Part shown: positions 1-64,000 of the stretch, in pieces
How positions within the stretch are numbered: the stretch's first letter is position 1
Layout: every line of letters starts with the position of its first letter
Assembly (NCBI GenBank): GCA_002269645.1
Contig: NIVC01000874.1
Location: 310,001-374,000 of the forward strand
Direction: 5' to 3'
DNA length: 64,000 nucleotides
Source: Macrostomum lignano
Taxonomy: Eukaryota
The notes under the pieces: model-generated
Databases searched by the model: none
Told to the model about the DNA's origin: nothing
What the model saw: only the letters and a program-made list of their open reading frames with translations
Position numbers and translations under genes: made by a program

Positions 1-187
1 AAGGGGTTGAAAAAATTGCAAATAATTTTATAAACAGCGAATGCAAAAGCAGCAACGGAAGGCAGACGCAATTTCTAAGAGTGAAATCAGATGCAACCGA
101 ATAATGTGGCGGGACAGAAATGGATTTGGGATTTTGGGAAAATTCGGACAGGGGCAGGTAAACTTGACGCTGGATTTTTTCTGCGGT

Positions 188-345
188 GTGGGAATCGGTG
201 GGAATCGGGTGGGAATCGGTGTGGGAATCGGTGTGGGAATCTGTGTGTGGGAATCGGTGTGGGAATCGGTGTCGGAATCGGTGTGGGAATGGATGTGGGA
301 ATCGGTGTGGGAATCGGTGTGGGAATCGGTGTGGGAATCGGTGTG
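188..345. repeat. 12-bp minisatellite (GTGGGAATCGGT)n just downstream of the laminin stop
   Basis: Direct reading. Confidence 0.9.
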
Positions 346-393
346 TAACAGGGTGGGACATGAAGTCGAGCAGCCGATAAAAAGTCAGTCTGG

Positions 394-19919
<19,526 letters not shown>

Positions 19920-20298
19920 TTAGGAATGAAATGAAAGCAGTGCTAAAATGTGCTCAAAAGGCTATCATTTGATAAATATACTAAAAGGTTGTTTCGTTAA
20001 AACTGCTAGTAGGAAGAAAGCTATGAGTTTTTAAACTTGCTGAAATCTTCTGGACTTCTTCGTCACTTTGTATTGGCGCAAAAACCGAGAGTTCATAACA
20101 AAATTGTTGTTCGTTAAATCAAAATAGTTACGTGTAACAAAGCAATAGTATCAAATATTTGCTTTTTGCACTGAATAACGAGAAATGCATATTATTTAGT
20201 TTTTATTCAACAAGTTATTTAATTAATTTAGTTTTACCCTCAGCTCAAAGCACGATTTAAACAGGTAAGGTCCGATATCTTCATAAAATTTTATTGTA

Positions 20299-21047
20299 GC
20301 TTTTTGCAGCCCATTTGGGCCTACGCGCATTGAATTCAATACAAGATACGTTCGCCAATGTAGCGGAGCTTTTGTCTATGGTAGCAAGGCTGGCACAGCA
20401 GCATTTAATTTGGTCCAAACGCTCGCGAGCCATTCGGCAAACTCCTGCCTTCTCGCAACCGTCTGCGGGTTGTTGCGTACCGCTGGAATGTCAGCGTCTC
20501 TATCGACAATTTTCTGTCGCTTTTCAAGAGTTCTGCTGATATTCAAAATCTGATAACCAACTGGAACTGTTCCTTCAACTTCTGCTGCATTTTTTGCACC
20601 GTCAACAAAGGGTTCGTCTCAATTGCATCGAGTACTCGTAGCAGTTGGACCTGAGGCTCTCGAGCAACTTGCCTTGGCGATTGCCACCCTTTCGCAGGCG
20701 ATCTCTGCCAGCAGATTTTCAACGCACTGATGGATGCTGAAAACCATCTTTTCTTTTACATTCAGCAGCCTTTGGGTGTTCACCTCTGTCAAGCGCTTCA
20801 ATCACCAGCCAATGCCATGGCATTCGTTCGACAACCTAGCATATGATCCACAATTGTGGGGCTGATCTTGCTCCTCCGCAGCAGTTGCAAATGAAGCTAT
20901 AGAGCAAATTGAATGCTTACTGGACCAAATTAAATGCCGCTGTGCCAGCCTTGCTACCATAGACAAAAGCTCTATTACATTGGCAAACATATCTTGGATT
21001 AAATTCAATGTGCTGATGTGCATAGGCCCAAATGGGCTGCAAAAAGC
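20299..21047. mobile_element. MITE-like non-autonomous DNA transposon (about 120-bp imperfect TIRs, TA flanks)
   Basis: TA|gctttttgcagcccatttgggcct...aggcccaaatgggctgcaaaaagc|TA; no transposase ORF inside. Confidence 0.75.
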
Positions 21048-23106
21048 TATATTATAACCATGGCAAGACAAGACAGAATTATTAGGCCCTATAAACTAGC
21101 CTATGTATTTTTAAAAGCTGCCTCACAACAATCATCTAGATGAAAAATTGATATAATTTTTTTATCAATTGTTAATTTATAATTAATAAAACCTAATCTA
21201 AGATTCTAATATGCCAGATTATAAATTATAGGCCCTAATGTCTTAAAATCTCACATATCTTCATTGCTTTCATTCTAACTATAGGTAGGAACTTGCTATA
21301 TATCATTCATATTTCAGTTTGGATAAGAGGCATATAGTATAGTGTTGCAAATTTTTCTCTACTAAAGCAGTAGCTAATAATGAGGATCCTTAAATTAAAT
21401 TCTACTAGGCCTAGGCCTAATATGCTAGCAGAATAGGCAACGCTCACCTCCCTGCTGTGTCTTTAGACTACCCTGTAGCTATAGGCCTAACATGCATCAG
21501 CATTAGGCTATTAGCAACAATATATATACTTTAGTAACAGATTTTTTAATAATTCAACTTAAAAACTAGCAATAACACTATAAATCTTTATATTTCATTC
21601 CAACATTTATAATAAAATTTTAGTATAAAATTCAAGTTTATGTTTTTATATATTATATTATATCTTATATATTTATATTTAACAATCTAAATCAATAATC
21701 CTTTACTTTTGTTCATTGAATTATTTTTTAGATATTTATTTTTTCTGTTCAGTTTAAAAATAAATATTATAATAGAATCAATAAGAAGATTGCTAAATTT
21801 TAATTAATAAATTATCAACTGTCAACTAGTAAAACTAATAATAAATAAGTAGTCATATAGCAAAAATTAATAATGAGTATTCCTTTAGGTGCAGGCAGAT
21901 GGCTAGCTAGATAATTAAGTTATGATTATTTAAGTTATAAGCCTACTAGCCTATATCTATCTTATACTGACTAACTACTAATTGAGTTTACATGTATTTA
22001 CTTAATTGATAATCAAAGACTATATACTGGAAGGAGACATGTCCTAGTGTATAATAAGCATCTTACTATTTTTCAACAGACATTAGGATATATCCCAGCA
22101 TCTATGACATAGCAGATACATTGTATCAAATGACAATTTTTTTTGTATTGGCACACAAACCTAGACAAATGTGGTCTTGTCATTTTTTCCCAGCATTAAG
22201 CCTGGCGTACATTGATACATGATCCAAACTATAGCATACTAGAGATAAATAAGTGTATAGGGCCTATTCTTAATTTATTCTAATTTATATTTGTAACTTA
22301 TGCTTGGATATAAAAATCAGTGTGACAATTGAGTTTTTATTTAAGGTGGGTTTTTACATTTAGAAAATATTATGGACAAGCATTTATTCATTCAAACATA
22401 CAAACCTTAGAGATTTAGTATATTTAGAAAGGCCTAATATTAGCCAAGTTGAATATATTGATTATCTTTGATATTTCATTTTGTTTTAATTATATACAAT
22501 ATTATAAGCATTTCAATAAACATAGAATATTTAGATAAAATGCTTTTTGCCTTAGCTTAGCAATGATCCATTGGCTATTAAACCTATTATTTATAAAGTA
22601 AACTAAACCAAAGACCTAGCAATATATAATGTTTTAGCAAATTGATAATTATAAGGTGTTAATGACATATGATATATAAACTATAAGATTAACTAGTTGA
22701 TATAGCAGTTTAGACAAGTCAAATAATAATCATTATTCATTAATAGGTTTATTTTTTATAGGTTCTAGATTGATTAATTAATAATTTAATATGTATTAGA
22801 AATTATATAATTGATAATTGGTTATTAGAAATGTTAATTTTTTTAAATTAATATCATCAAAACTCCTAAATCTGATAGTTTAGGTATAGGGCCTTTACCT
22901 AAGGTACTGGCTATTATTTTTGATTGGCTGCTTTTTCTCATTGGCTAGATTGGACTTGCAAGTTTACTACTTATAGGCCTAGTCCAATAATGTTTTAAAC
23001 AACTGAAATCAAATAATAATGCTATTTTTATCCTATATGCCTCTTTAGCCTCATTTTGAATTTATTGGCCACTTGCAAGTGCATCTGTATTGATGGCACT
23101 GCTAGC

Positions 23107-37100
<13,994 letters not shown>

Positions 37101-37158
37101 CCTCCCGCCTGTCAACTGCTGCTGCCATGCCTACTAGCGCCACTGCTCATCTGTGCCC

Positions 37159-37216
37159 TGTACGCAGGCACGCACTCATGCACACGCTCACACAGGGTGT
37201 ACAGCCGCCCTGACTT
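37159..37216 (+). repeat. Short dispersed element, copy 3 of 3 (truncated)
   Basis: CGCTCACACAGGGTGTACAGCCGCCCTGACTT. Confidence 0.6.
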
Positions 37217-37866
37217 CAGTACTTCAGTAGGGACTCCCCGTTACTTCAGTAGGGACTCCCCGTTGCTTTAGTAGGGACTCCCTGTACTTAATTAGGGACT
37301 CCCCGTTGCTTCAGTAGGGACTCCCCGTTACTTCAGTAGGGACTCCCCGTTACTTCAGTAGGGACTCCCCGTTACTTCAGTAGGGACTCCCCGTTACTTC
37401 AGTAGGGACTCCCCGTTGCTTTAGTAGGGACTCCCTGTACTTAATTAGGGACTCCCCGTTGCTTCAGTAGGGACTCCCCGTTACTTCAGTAGGGACTCCC
37501 CGTTACTTCAGTGGGGACTCCCCGTTACTTCAGTAGGGACTCCCCGTTACTTCAGTAGGGACTCCCCGTTACTTTAGTAGGAACTCCCCGTACTTAAGTA
37601 GGGACTCCCCGTTGCTTTAGTAGGGACTCCCTGTACTTAAGTAGGGACTCCCCGTTGCTTTAGTAGGGACTCCATGTACTTAAGTAGGGACTCCCTGTAC
37701 TTAAGTAGGGACTCCCCGTTGCTTTAGTAGGGACTCCATGTACTTAAGTAGGGACTCCCCGTTGCTTTAGTAGGGACTCCCTGTACTTAAGTAGGGACTC
37801 CCCGTTGCTTTAGTAGGGACTCCATGTACTTAAGTAGGGACTCCAGTTACCTGAGTAGGGACTCCA
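37217..37866. repeat. 22-bp minisatellite downstream of the VKR stop
   Basis: AGGGACTCCCCGTTACTTCAGT. Confidence 0.92.
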
Positions 37867-38585
37867 ATAGCGCCTCTTTTGAGCTGTTTGACCCTTATAA
37901 AATTGTTTTGACTTCGCCGCAGACTCGCGTACAGTCATTAATCAATGGATGCACTAATCCGGTCTGTCTGTCTGTCCAGTAGCTGGCCTTCTGATCCCAC
38001 ATTCCTAACCATCCGTCTGACCCATCGTCAATTTATTTAACCACAAAGATTATGGCTGTCAAATTCATCAATTGTCGTCTTCCCCATTGTTGCTATCGAA
38101 AGCTTTGCAGATTCGAATTATCCTACTGTTAGTAAGCAGGCCAGAATCAGTGTATAATTTGCGTGCAAAAGTGCCCTTTGCTCGTCTTAGTCTTATAATA
38201 AAATGATCAACTTCTGCAGGGCTATTTTCTGATTATGATGACTGTTATTATTTATTGGCATGCTCAGATGCTTTTCCCATTGTGTACATTTCTGTGTGTT
38301 TAGTGAGTAGTATTTAATTTACCACTTTGCTTGTTTATTATATTCACAGATTTTCTTGTTTTCACGCTGGCCTGACTGCCACCCCATCCTCCATCATGCT
38401 CAGCGCTGCTCCAGTCCCCTGCCCGTATATGGCTTGCATTTTTATCTGCCAGTTTTTACCGTTCGCCGTCATTTGTATATCCGCACTTTGCCGTTCTCAT
38501 CTTTTGTACTTTTGTGTCCTTCTGTGCCTCCGCGCTACTGCTCAACTGGGCGGGCACTTTGCCAGTTGTATTCGATCTTCACCTC

Positions 38586-39173
38586 CTCTGCCCTCACCCC
38601 CTGCCCTCACCCTCTCTGCCCTCACCCTCTCTGCCCTCACCCTCTCTGCCCTCACCCTCTGCCCTCACCCTCTCTGCCCTCACCCTCTGCCCTCACCCTC
38701 TCTGCCCTCACCCTCTCTGCCCTCACCCTCTCTGCCCTCGCCCCCTCTGCCCTCACCCTCTGCCCTCACCCTCTGCCCTCACCCCCTCTGCCCTTACCCC
38801 CTCTGCCCTCACCCCCTCTGCCCTCACCCTCTCTGCCCTCACCCTCTCTGCCCTCACCCCCTCTGCCCTCACCCTCTCTGCCCTCACCCCCTCTGCCCTC
38901 ACCCTCTCTGCCCTCACCCTCTGCCCTCACCCTCTCTGCCCTCACCCTCTCTGCCCTCACCCTCTGCCCTCACCCTCTGCCCTCACCCCCTCTGCCCTTA
39001 CCCCCTCTGCCCTCCCCCCCTCTGCCCTCACCCTCTGCCCTCACCCCCTCTGCCCTCACCCTCTGCCCTTACCCCCTCTGACCTCACCCCCTCTGCCCTC
39101 ACCCTCTACCCTTACCCCCTCTGACCTCACCCCCTCTGCCCTCACCCCCTCTGCCCTCACCCTCTGCCCTTAC
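38586..39173. repeat. 13-15-bp minisatellite (CCCTCACCCTCT[CT]G)n
   Basis: Direct reading. Confidence 0.9.
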
Positions 39174-39940
39174 CTCAGCTCCATCAGCAGCCGCCAACCC
39201 CCCGGCCCAGCTCAAGCGGCGCCGCCCAGTTGCAGCAGCCACGCCGGCCCCGACTTGCCCGCCTGCCAGCTTTCGACCTGTTGTGCCGCAGTTTTATTAA
39301 TAATATTACCAGATATTGTTATGACTTACCTGCTTCAACATTTGATTCCAGTTGCAACTGACAGATCTGTGCTCCAACCAAACACAGTCGGTGCTCATCC
39401 ATTTGCTAGCGAGAACTGACTTGCTGATTTTATTTGCCTGTCCTGACTTGATTTACCAAAATTCTATTCTGATTCCCAGTCTAATCCGCTTGCAACCATT
39501 TTTGTGCTCTTTTACCCTCAAGCATAGCTTTATCAATACTTTTTATCGAGTCCTAGCTTTTTATATAATCTGCATCTACTCATCTGTGTACATTTTCACC
39601 TCCAGCATCCTTGGCTTCATCATTGCCAGTCTGAGCAACTTCAGTATTGGCGCGGCGATCGGTGTCAAACGTAAAACAAAACCATTTATATTATTATTAT
39701 TATTAATGTCTTTATATTTATTTAAAACCTGAAGATTCAAATACAAACAAATCTATCATTATTGATATCAAAACTTTGATTTTACGGCAAAACCAAAAAC
39801 CTTTGATTTTTGGGCTACATTGCAAGCTAATTCTCACACTTGCCAACTCCATCGAGCACACAGTTGCCATTGGTTGAGTCTGTAATGACAAGTCAGTTTA
39901 ACAGTAGGAATACCAAGCCATTTTTCCGCCCGTCGAACTA

Positions 39941-40805
39941 CCAAGAGGGGGGGGGAATTTCCCCCCTGACAATTTTTTTTGCTGCGCCGGAACGGAGCAA
40001 CACAGGCACACAAAATTCAAGAACACGGGCTGACTTTTTGTTGCGCACCTTCTCAAACAAGAATCAGCCATCACCCCGACGCCGAAATGTTAAGAGCATG
40101 ATGAAAAATCACGCTCAGGTGTCCTTACTCCCCTGGTGCCACCTGTTGAAGGTGCTTACGGCGTCGGGGTGATGGCTGAATGCTTGACTGACTAGCTGAG
40201 GATGTCCAGTAGTTGAGGTTTGCTCATTATTGAAGCTTGATAAGAAAAACCTGACATATTTGCAACAGGATGTCCATAGTCACCTGGTGTAATCTGTTGA
40301 AGGAGCCGACGGCGTCCGGGTGATGACGGAATGCTTGAGAGACTAGCTGAGAATGTCTGGCGGTTGATTCTTGCCCTCTGTCGAGGCTTGATCGACGAAA
40401 CTAGAGAAATCCGCATCAGGGTGTCGATAGTCACCTGGTGCCACAGCTGTTTAGGGTCCAGAAGCTCCACTTGGGTGAAGGCTAGTAACCAACGAAGTCA
40501 GAGCTGATGCAGACACATGTGTTCGACGTGCTGGTGACATTTGTAGACTTGGCAAGGCTGCACTGAGGTGCAGTGCTAATTGGCGCACCGTGTACTGAAT
40601 ACACTAGCGCTTATGGGAAAAATCCGACCTTCTGGCAGAATTGTCTAATATCTCAACGGTCCGAAGGGCTGGCGACTTGATTCTTGTTTGAGAAGGTGCG
40701 CAACAAAAAGTTGGCCCGTGTTCTTGAATTTCGTGTGCCTGTGTTGCTCCGTTCCGGCGCAGCAAAAAAAATTGTCTGGGGGGAAATTCCCCCCCCCCCT
40801 CTTGG
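39941..40805. mobile_element. MITE-like element (about 130-bp TIRs, TA flanks, internal sub-repeats)
   Basis: TA|ccaagagggggggggaatttcccc..aaacaagaatc and its reverse complement at about 40679-40805|TA. Confidence 0.8.
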
Positions 40806-40889
40806 TATTGTAGTTCTACTGCTAAGGTATCAACTGCTTTTGAACTAATAACAATTAATAATTGATTGCACCGGCAGATGTGCAACCGA

Positions 40890-41142
40890 CAGCTCAGCCG
40901 CAGCTATTACGCGGCGCATCTGAAGGCTGCGTACGGCTGTTCAGTCCAAGGACTGGGGGGGGGTCACCCCACCCCCTAAATTACCCCAGCTAATGCTGGT
41001 AATCGACTTTGCAGTTGGGTGAACTGAAGCAATGCAGAGTTAAGTTTCTTGCTCAAGGACACAAATGGGTCGAGAATCGAACCCCGAGTGCCCGACCTTT
41101 CAGTCGTAGGTCACATGCTCTGACCACTGGGCTACAAGCCCC
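40890..41142 (-). mobile_element. tRNA-derived SINE
   Basis: Minus strand has A-box TAGCCCAGTGG and B-box GGTTCGATTCT, followed by TGTGTCCTTGAGCAAGAAACTTAAC and a CORE-like GCTTCAGTTCACCCAACTGCAAA; 3' boundary approximate. Confidence 0.7.
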
Positions 41143-41189
41143 TTCGGTTTTGACAATTCGATTATGAGGGCTGCGACTCAGCTTTTCGG

Positions 41190-41900
41190 TGAGGCGGCTC
41201 ACAGCGAATGTAACACGGCGCACATCGCTATTCCGAAGAATCGGGGGGGGGGCACCACACGGCTTGAGAAGCACCGAGGTATCTGCCTGCAGTCCTGCGC
41301 GGCACAGTGGCGCAGATCCTGGCTCTTCGCCGAGTCATCGAGAAAGCGCGGACCTGCCAGTCCAGCCTGATTGTTCTCTTTATTGACTTCAGGAAGGCTT
41401 CGGTCGTGAGTGCTGTGCTCCCAGCATACCAGAGCAGCTGATTCCCGCCGTCATGGCACGAACGCTGCTGTGCTGACACCGGACGGCCTGTCGGATTTCG
41501 TTCCTGTTCGTCCTGGTGCTTGACTGGGTGCTGCGGACCGCTCTTCCTTCTAACGACGACGGCTTTCTGCTGCAGCGACGAGTGGGTCGGCGCCAACCGG
41601 AGAGGCAGCTCAGTGTGCTTGGCTCCGCCGACGATCTCGCCCTGCTGTCCTCGACCGTCGAGGGCGCCCAGCGGCGGCTGGACCGGCTGGAAAGCATTGC
41701 GGCGACTGTCGGCCTGGTGGTCAACACGCAGAAGACCGTCGTGCTCTGAGTGCCGGACGAAATTGAGGCTGCAATTTTCTGCCGAGGCGCTGTCAGCAGT
41801 TCGTCTACCTCGGCGGTCTGGTGTCTGATGATCGCGAGGATCTGCGACATCGCAGCGGACTTCCGTTCCGTGAGGGCTGTCCTGCAGTCCGAAGCACTCC
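41190..41900 (+). pseudogene. Decayed non-LTR retrotransposon RT fragment (RTE-like)
   Basis: Broken frames with IPK..HRGICLQS, LFIDFRKA, FLFVLVLDWVLR, GSADDLALL (YADD changed to SADD), GLVVNTQKT; stops and frameshifts. Confidence 0.75.
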
Positions 41901-41911
41901 TGACCGCCTTG

Positions 41912-42905
41912 AAGGATCGGAAAGGGGCACCCAGCTGAAGGATCGGGGGGCACCCAGCTGAAGGATCGGAAAGGGGCACCCAGCTGAAGGATCGGGAGGC
42001 ACCCAGCTGAAGGATCGGGGGGGCACCCAGCTGAAGGATCGGAAAGGGGCACCCAGCTGAAGGATCATGGGGCACCCAGCTGAAGGATCGGGGGCACCCA
42101 GCTGAAGGATCGGAAAGGGGCACCCAGCTGAAGGATCATGGGGCACCCAGCTGAAGGATCGGGGGGCACCCAGCTGAAGGATCATGGGGCACCCAGCTGA
42201 AGGATCGGAAAGGGGCACCCAGCTGAAGGATCGGAAAGGGGCACCCAGCTGAAGGATCGGGGAGGGGCACCCAGCTGAAGGATCGGGGAGGGGCACCCAG
42301 CTGAAGGATCGGGAGGCACCCAGCTGAAGGATCGGGGAGGGGCACTCAGCTGAAGGATCGGGGAGGGGCACCCAGCTGAAGGATCGAGGAGGGGCACCCA
42401 GCTGAAGGATCGAGGAGGGGCACCCAGCTGAAGGATCGAGGAGGGGCACCCAGCTGAAGGATCGAGGAGGGGCACCCAGCTGAAGGATCGAGGAGGGGCA
42501 CCCAGCTGAAGGATCGAGGAGGGGCACCCAGCTGAAGGATCAGGAGGCACCCAGCTGAAGGATCGGGGAGGGGCACCCAGCTGAAGGATCGGGAGGCACC
42601 CAGCTGAAGGATCGGGAGGCACCCAGCTGAAGGATCGGGAGGCACCCAGCTGAAGGATCGGGGGGCACCAGCTGAAGGATCGGGAGGCACCCAGCTGAAG
42701 GATCGGGGAGGGGCACCCAGCTGAAGGATCGGGAGGCACCCAGCTGAAGGATCGGGAGGCACCCAGCTGAAGGATCGGGAGGCACCCAGCTGAAGGATCG
42801 GGGGGCACCAGCTGAAGGATCGGGGGGCACCAGCTGAAGGATCGGGGGGCACCAGCTGAAGGATCGGGGGCACCAGCTGAAGGATCAGGGTGCACTAGCT
42901 GAAGG
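41912..42905. repeat. 22-24-bp minisatellite (GGGCACCCAGCTGAAGGATCGG)n
   Basis: Same family as the reverse complement of 55900-57668. Confidence 0.93.
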
Positions 42906-43184
42906 GTGCACCAGCCCATTTTTCTGTCCATACGCACAAGTTAGACTCTAGTGTTTGTTAAGAACTCCTGTTCCATTCAAGTCAAGTTATCGATATTTAA
43001 CCCACATTTTTAATAAACAATATAGTTACTACTAGCGAGCAGTAGCCAGTATAGCAGTGAGACTTTGATTAGACATGAGATTCTGGAATTCGAAAAAAGA
43101 AAAAAATTCTTGCCAGAACTTTTTCGAAAATTTTGAAGTTTATTGAAACTTAAAATCTTTTTTTAACTTGCTTAACTACGCTCG

Positions 43185-43430
43185 GAATGGGACAATTTGA
43201 GTGTGTGACCGTTTGGGAATGTAAAGTTTGGGAATGTGACGGTTGGGAATGTGACAGTTTGGGATTGTGACAGTTTGGGAATGTGACAGTTTGGGAATGT
43301 GACAGTTTGGGAATGTGAAAGTTTGGGATTGTGACAGTTTGGGAATGTGACAATTTGAGTGTGTGACCGTTTGGGAATGTAAAGTTTGGGAATGTGACGG
43401 TTGGGAATGTGACTATTTGGAAATTTGGAA
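43185..43430. repeat. 16-bp minisatellite (GGGAATGTGACAGTTT)n
   Basis: Same family as the reverse complement of 55010-55500. Confidence 0.85.
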
Positions 43431-43464
43431 TTCATGTTGCTGGGTCGGCATTAAGTCTCGCGAC

Positions 43465-43625
43465 TGGGACTCATGTCGGTTTTTATGACTCGTGTCGGTT
43501 TTTTATGACTCGTGTCGGTTTTTATGACTCGTGTCGGTTTTTTATGACTCGTGTCGGTTTTTATGACTCATGTCGGTTCTTATGATTCACGCCGGATTTT
43601 ACGACACATGTTCTTATGACTCATG
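43465..43625. repeat. About 20-bp minisatellite (TTTTATGACTCGTGTCGGTT)n
   Basis: Direct reading. Confidence 0.85.
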
Positions 43626-43709
43626 ACTCTTGTCGGTTTCTATTAATCATGATTCATGTCGATTCTTATAGCATTAGGACAGACACCAAGACAGACACTG
43701 AAATGAAGA

Positions 43710-44209
<500 letters not shown>

Positions 44210-45228
44210 AATTTCGCACAGTCGACGGCAAGCCGCTCTTGCTGCGCGACTTTGCGGCTGCACGTGGCGGAGGGGTGGCCGCAGAGCTTCGGGATCTGCC
44301 TGGCCTGGGGAAGGAGAGAAGGGGGAGCGCAGCTGCGATCGGCCCTGCCAGCTGCACTGAGCTGCACTCCTGCCCGCCCTCTCTCTCTCGTCTTCAGACT
44401 TCCTTCTCTGTCTCTCCTTGCGTCTCTTCCCTCCCCAACCCCAGGAATTTCTCCCCCCGATCCCTTCTCCCCCCTCTCACCCGCTGTCAGCCGCGCGTGG
44501 CCCCCTGTGTCCAAAAAATTGCCTGCAGTTCCAGATCTTTGCTTCTAGTAGCTGCAGCAGCAGCAGCAGTGCATCCAACGTCACATTCAAGCTGCAGGCA
44601 GAAGCGGCCCCCGGGAACTCTGCAGGCCACCAGCCTTCTGCTTGCTCTCGGCGATCGAAGTTCGCAGGTAAAGGGCGTTGCTACCCGGACCCGGGGGGGG
44701 GGGGGGGGGGGTAGAGACTCCCCGGTAGTTTGCGATCAACCAGCGCTCCCAACCCCTGTGCGCGCACCTCTGCAGCCTCCGCCAGTGCCGCATCCGCTGA
44801 CCCATTGGCGAACCGAAGTGTTCGGTGATAAACCAGCCAGCCTCCCAGCTTCATCAGCAGCAGCAGAAGAATCAGTCGCCACCCCGGCTGCCCAGCTATG
44901 GTTCACCTCATGCTGTCGGAGGATGTAAATTCACCTTAGATCCGCTGCGTTTCTTCCGCCAATTATTGATTGATTTTTGTTGAGTGTCAAATCTTTTTAT
45001 CGAGTTATTCAAAAAGAATTTCCTTCGGCGTTCGGCTTTTCGAGCAACTGTTGCGTCATTTGTTACCTGAGTGTCAGACTTTCAGGTGACGCCAAACTGT
45101 CTGGTTTTGCTTTTTATGGTGCAAAGCTTTCCTGCTTTCTGTTTTATTCATTCATTTTTGCTGCTTTGAAATCCAAACTCACTTGCCAAAGTACATCGTG
45201 CTCCCTTTGCCATTTCCTTTCCAAGGGC

Positions 45229-64000
<18,772 letters not shown>

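Noticed and set aside
39600-39728. Open 43-codon minus-strand segment with AG/GT ends
   Set aside because: AT-rich, weak donor (gtgaaa) and no downstream acceptor; not supportable as an exon
41040-41142. Possible tRNA gene on the minus strand
   Set aside because: A/B boxes run into SINE body motifs and the acceptor stem is not complete; called a SINE

Overview
Eukaryotic (animal) genomic DNA with GC-rich exons separated by introns packed with locus-specific minisatellites. The style suggests a free-living flatworm such as Macrostomum; this is inference and not tested. I reconstructed four spliced genes by hand from GT-AG boundaries and codon phase. (1) A complete laminin alpha-1/2-type chain on the minus strand (19919->394, 12 exons). 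(2) A Venus kinase receptor, with a Venus-flytrap ectodomain, one TM segment and an insulin-receptor-like tyrosine kinase, on the plus strand (23107-37100, 9 exons). (3) The 5' part of a ryanodine receptor on the plus strand (45229->64000, running off the window). (4) A 68-aa two-EF-hand Ca2+-binding protein gene, absent from the ORF track, nested antisense in RyR intron 10 (57937->55843, 3 exons). Also present: two TA-flanked MITE-like elements, a tRNA-derived SINE, a decayed RTE-like RT fragment, a CpG-depleted island at the VKR 5' end, and about 35 tandem arrays that mostly abut splice sites. Several single-base frameshifts, mostly in short homopolymers, look like long-read errors. There is no CRISPR array, rRNA or intact tRNA. 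Most long ORFs in the track are translations of repeats.
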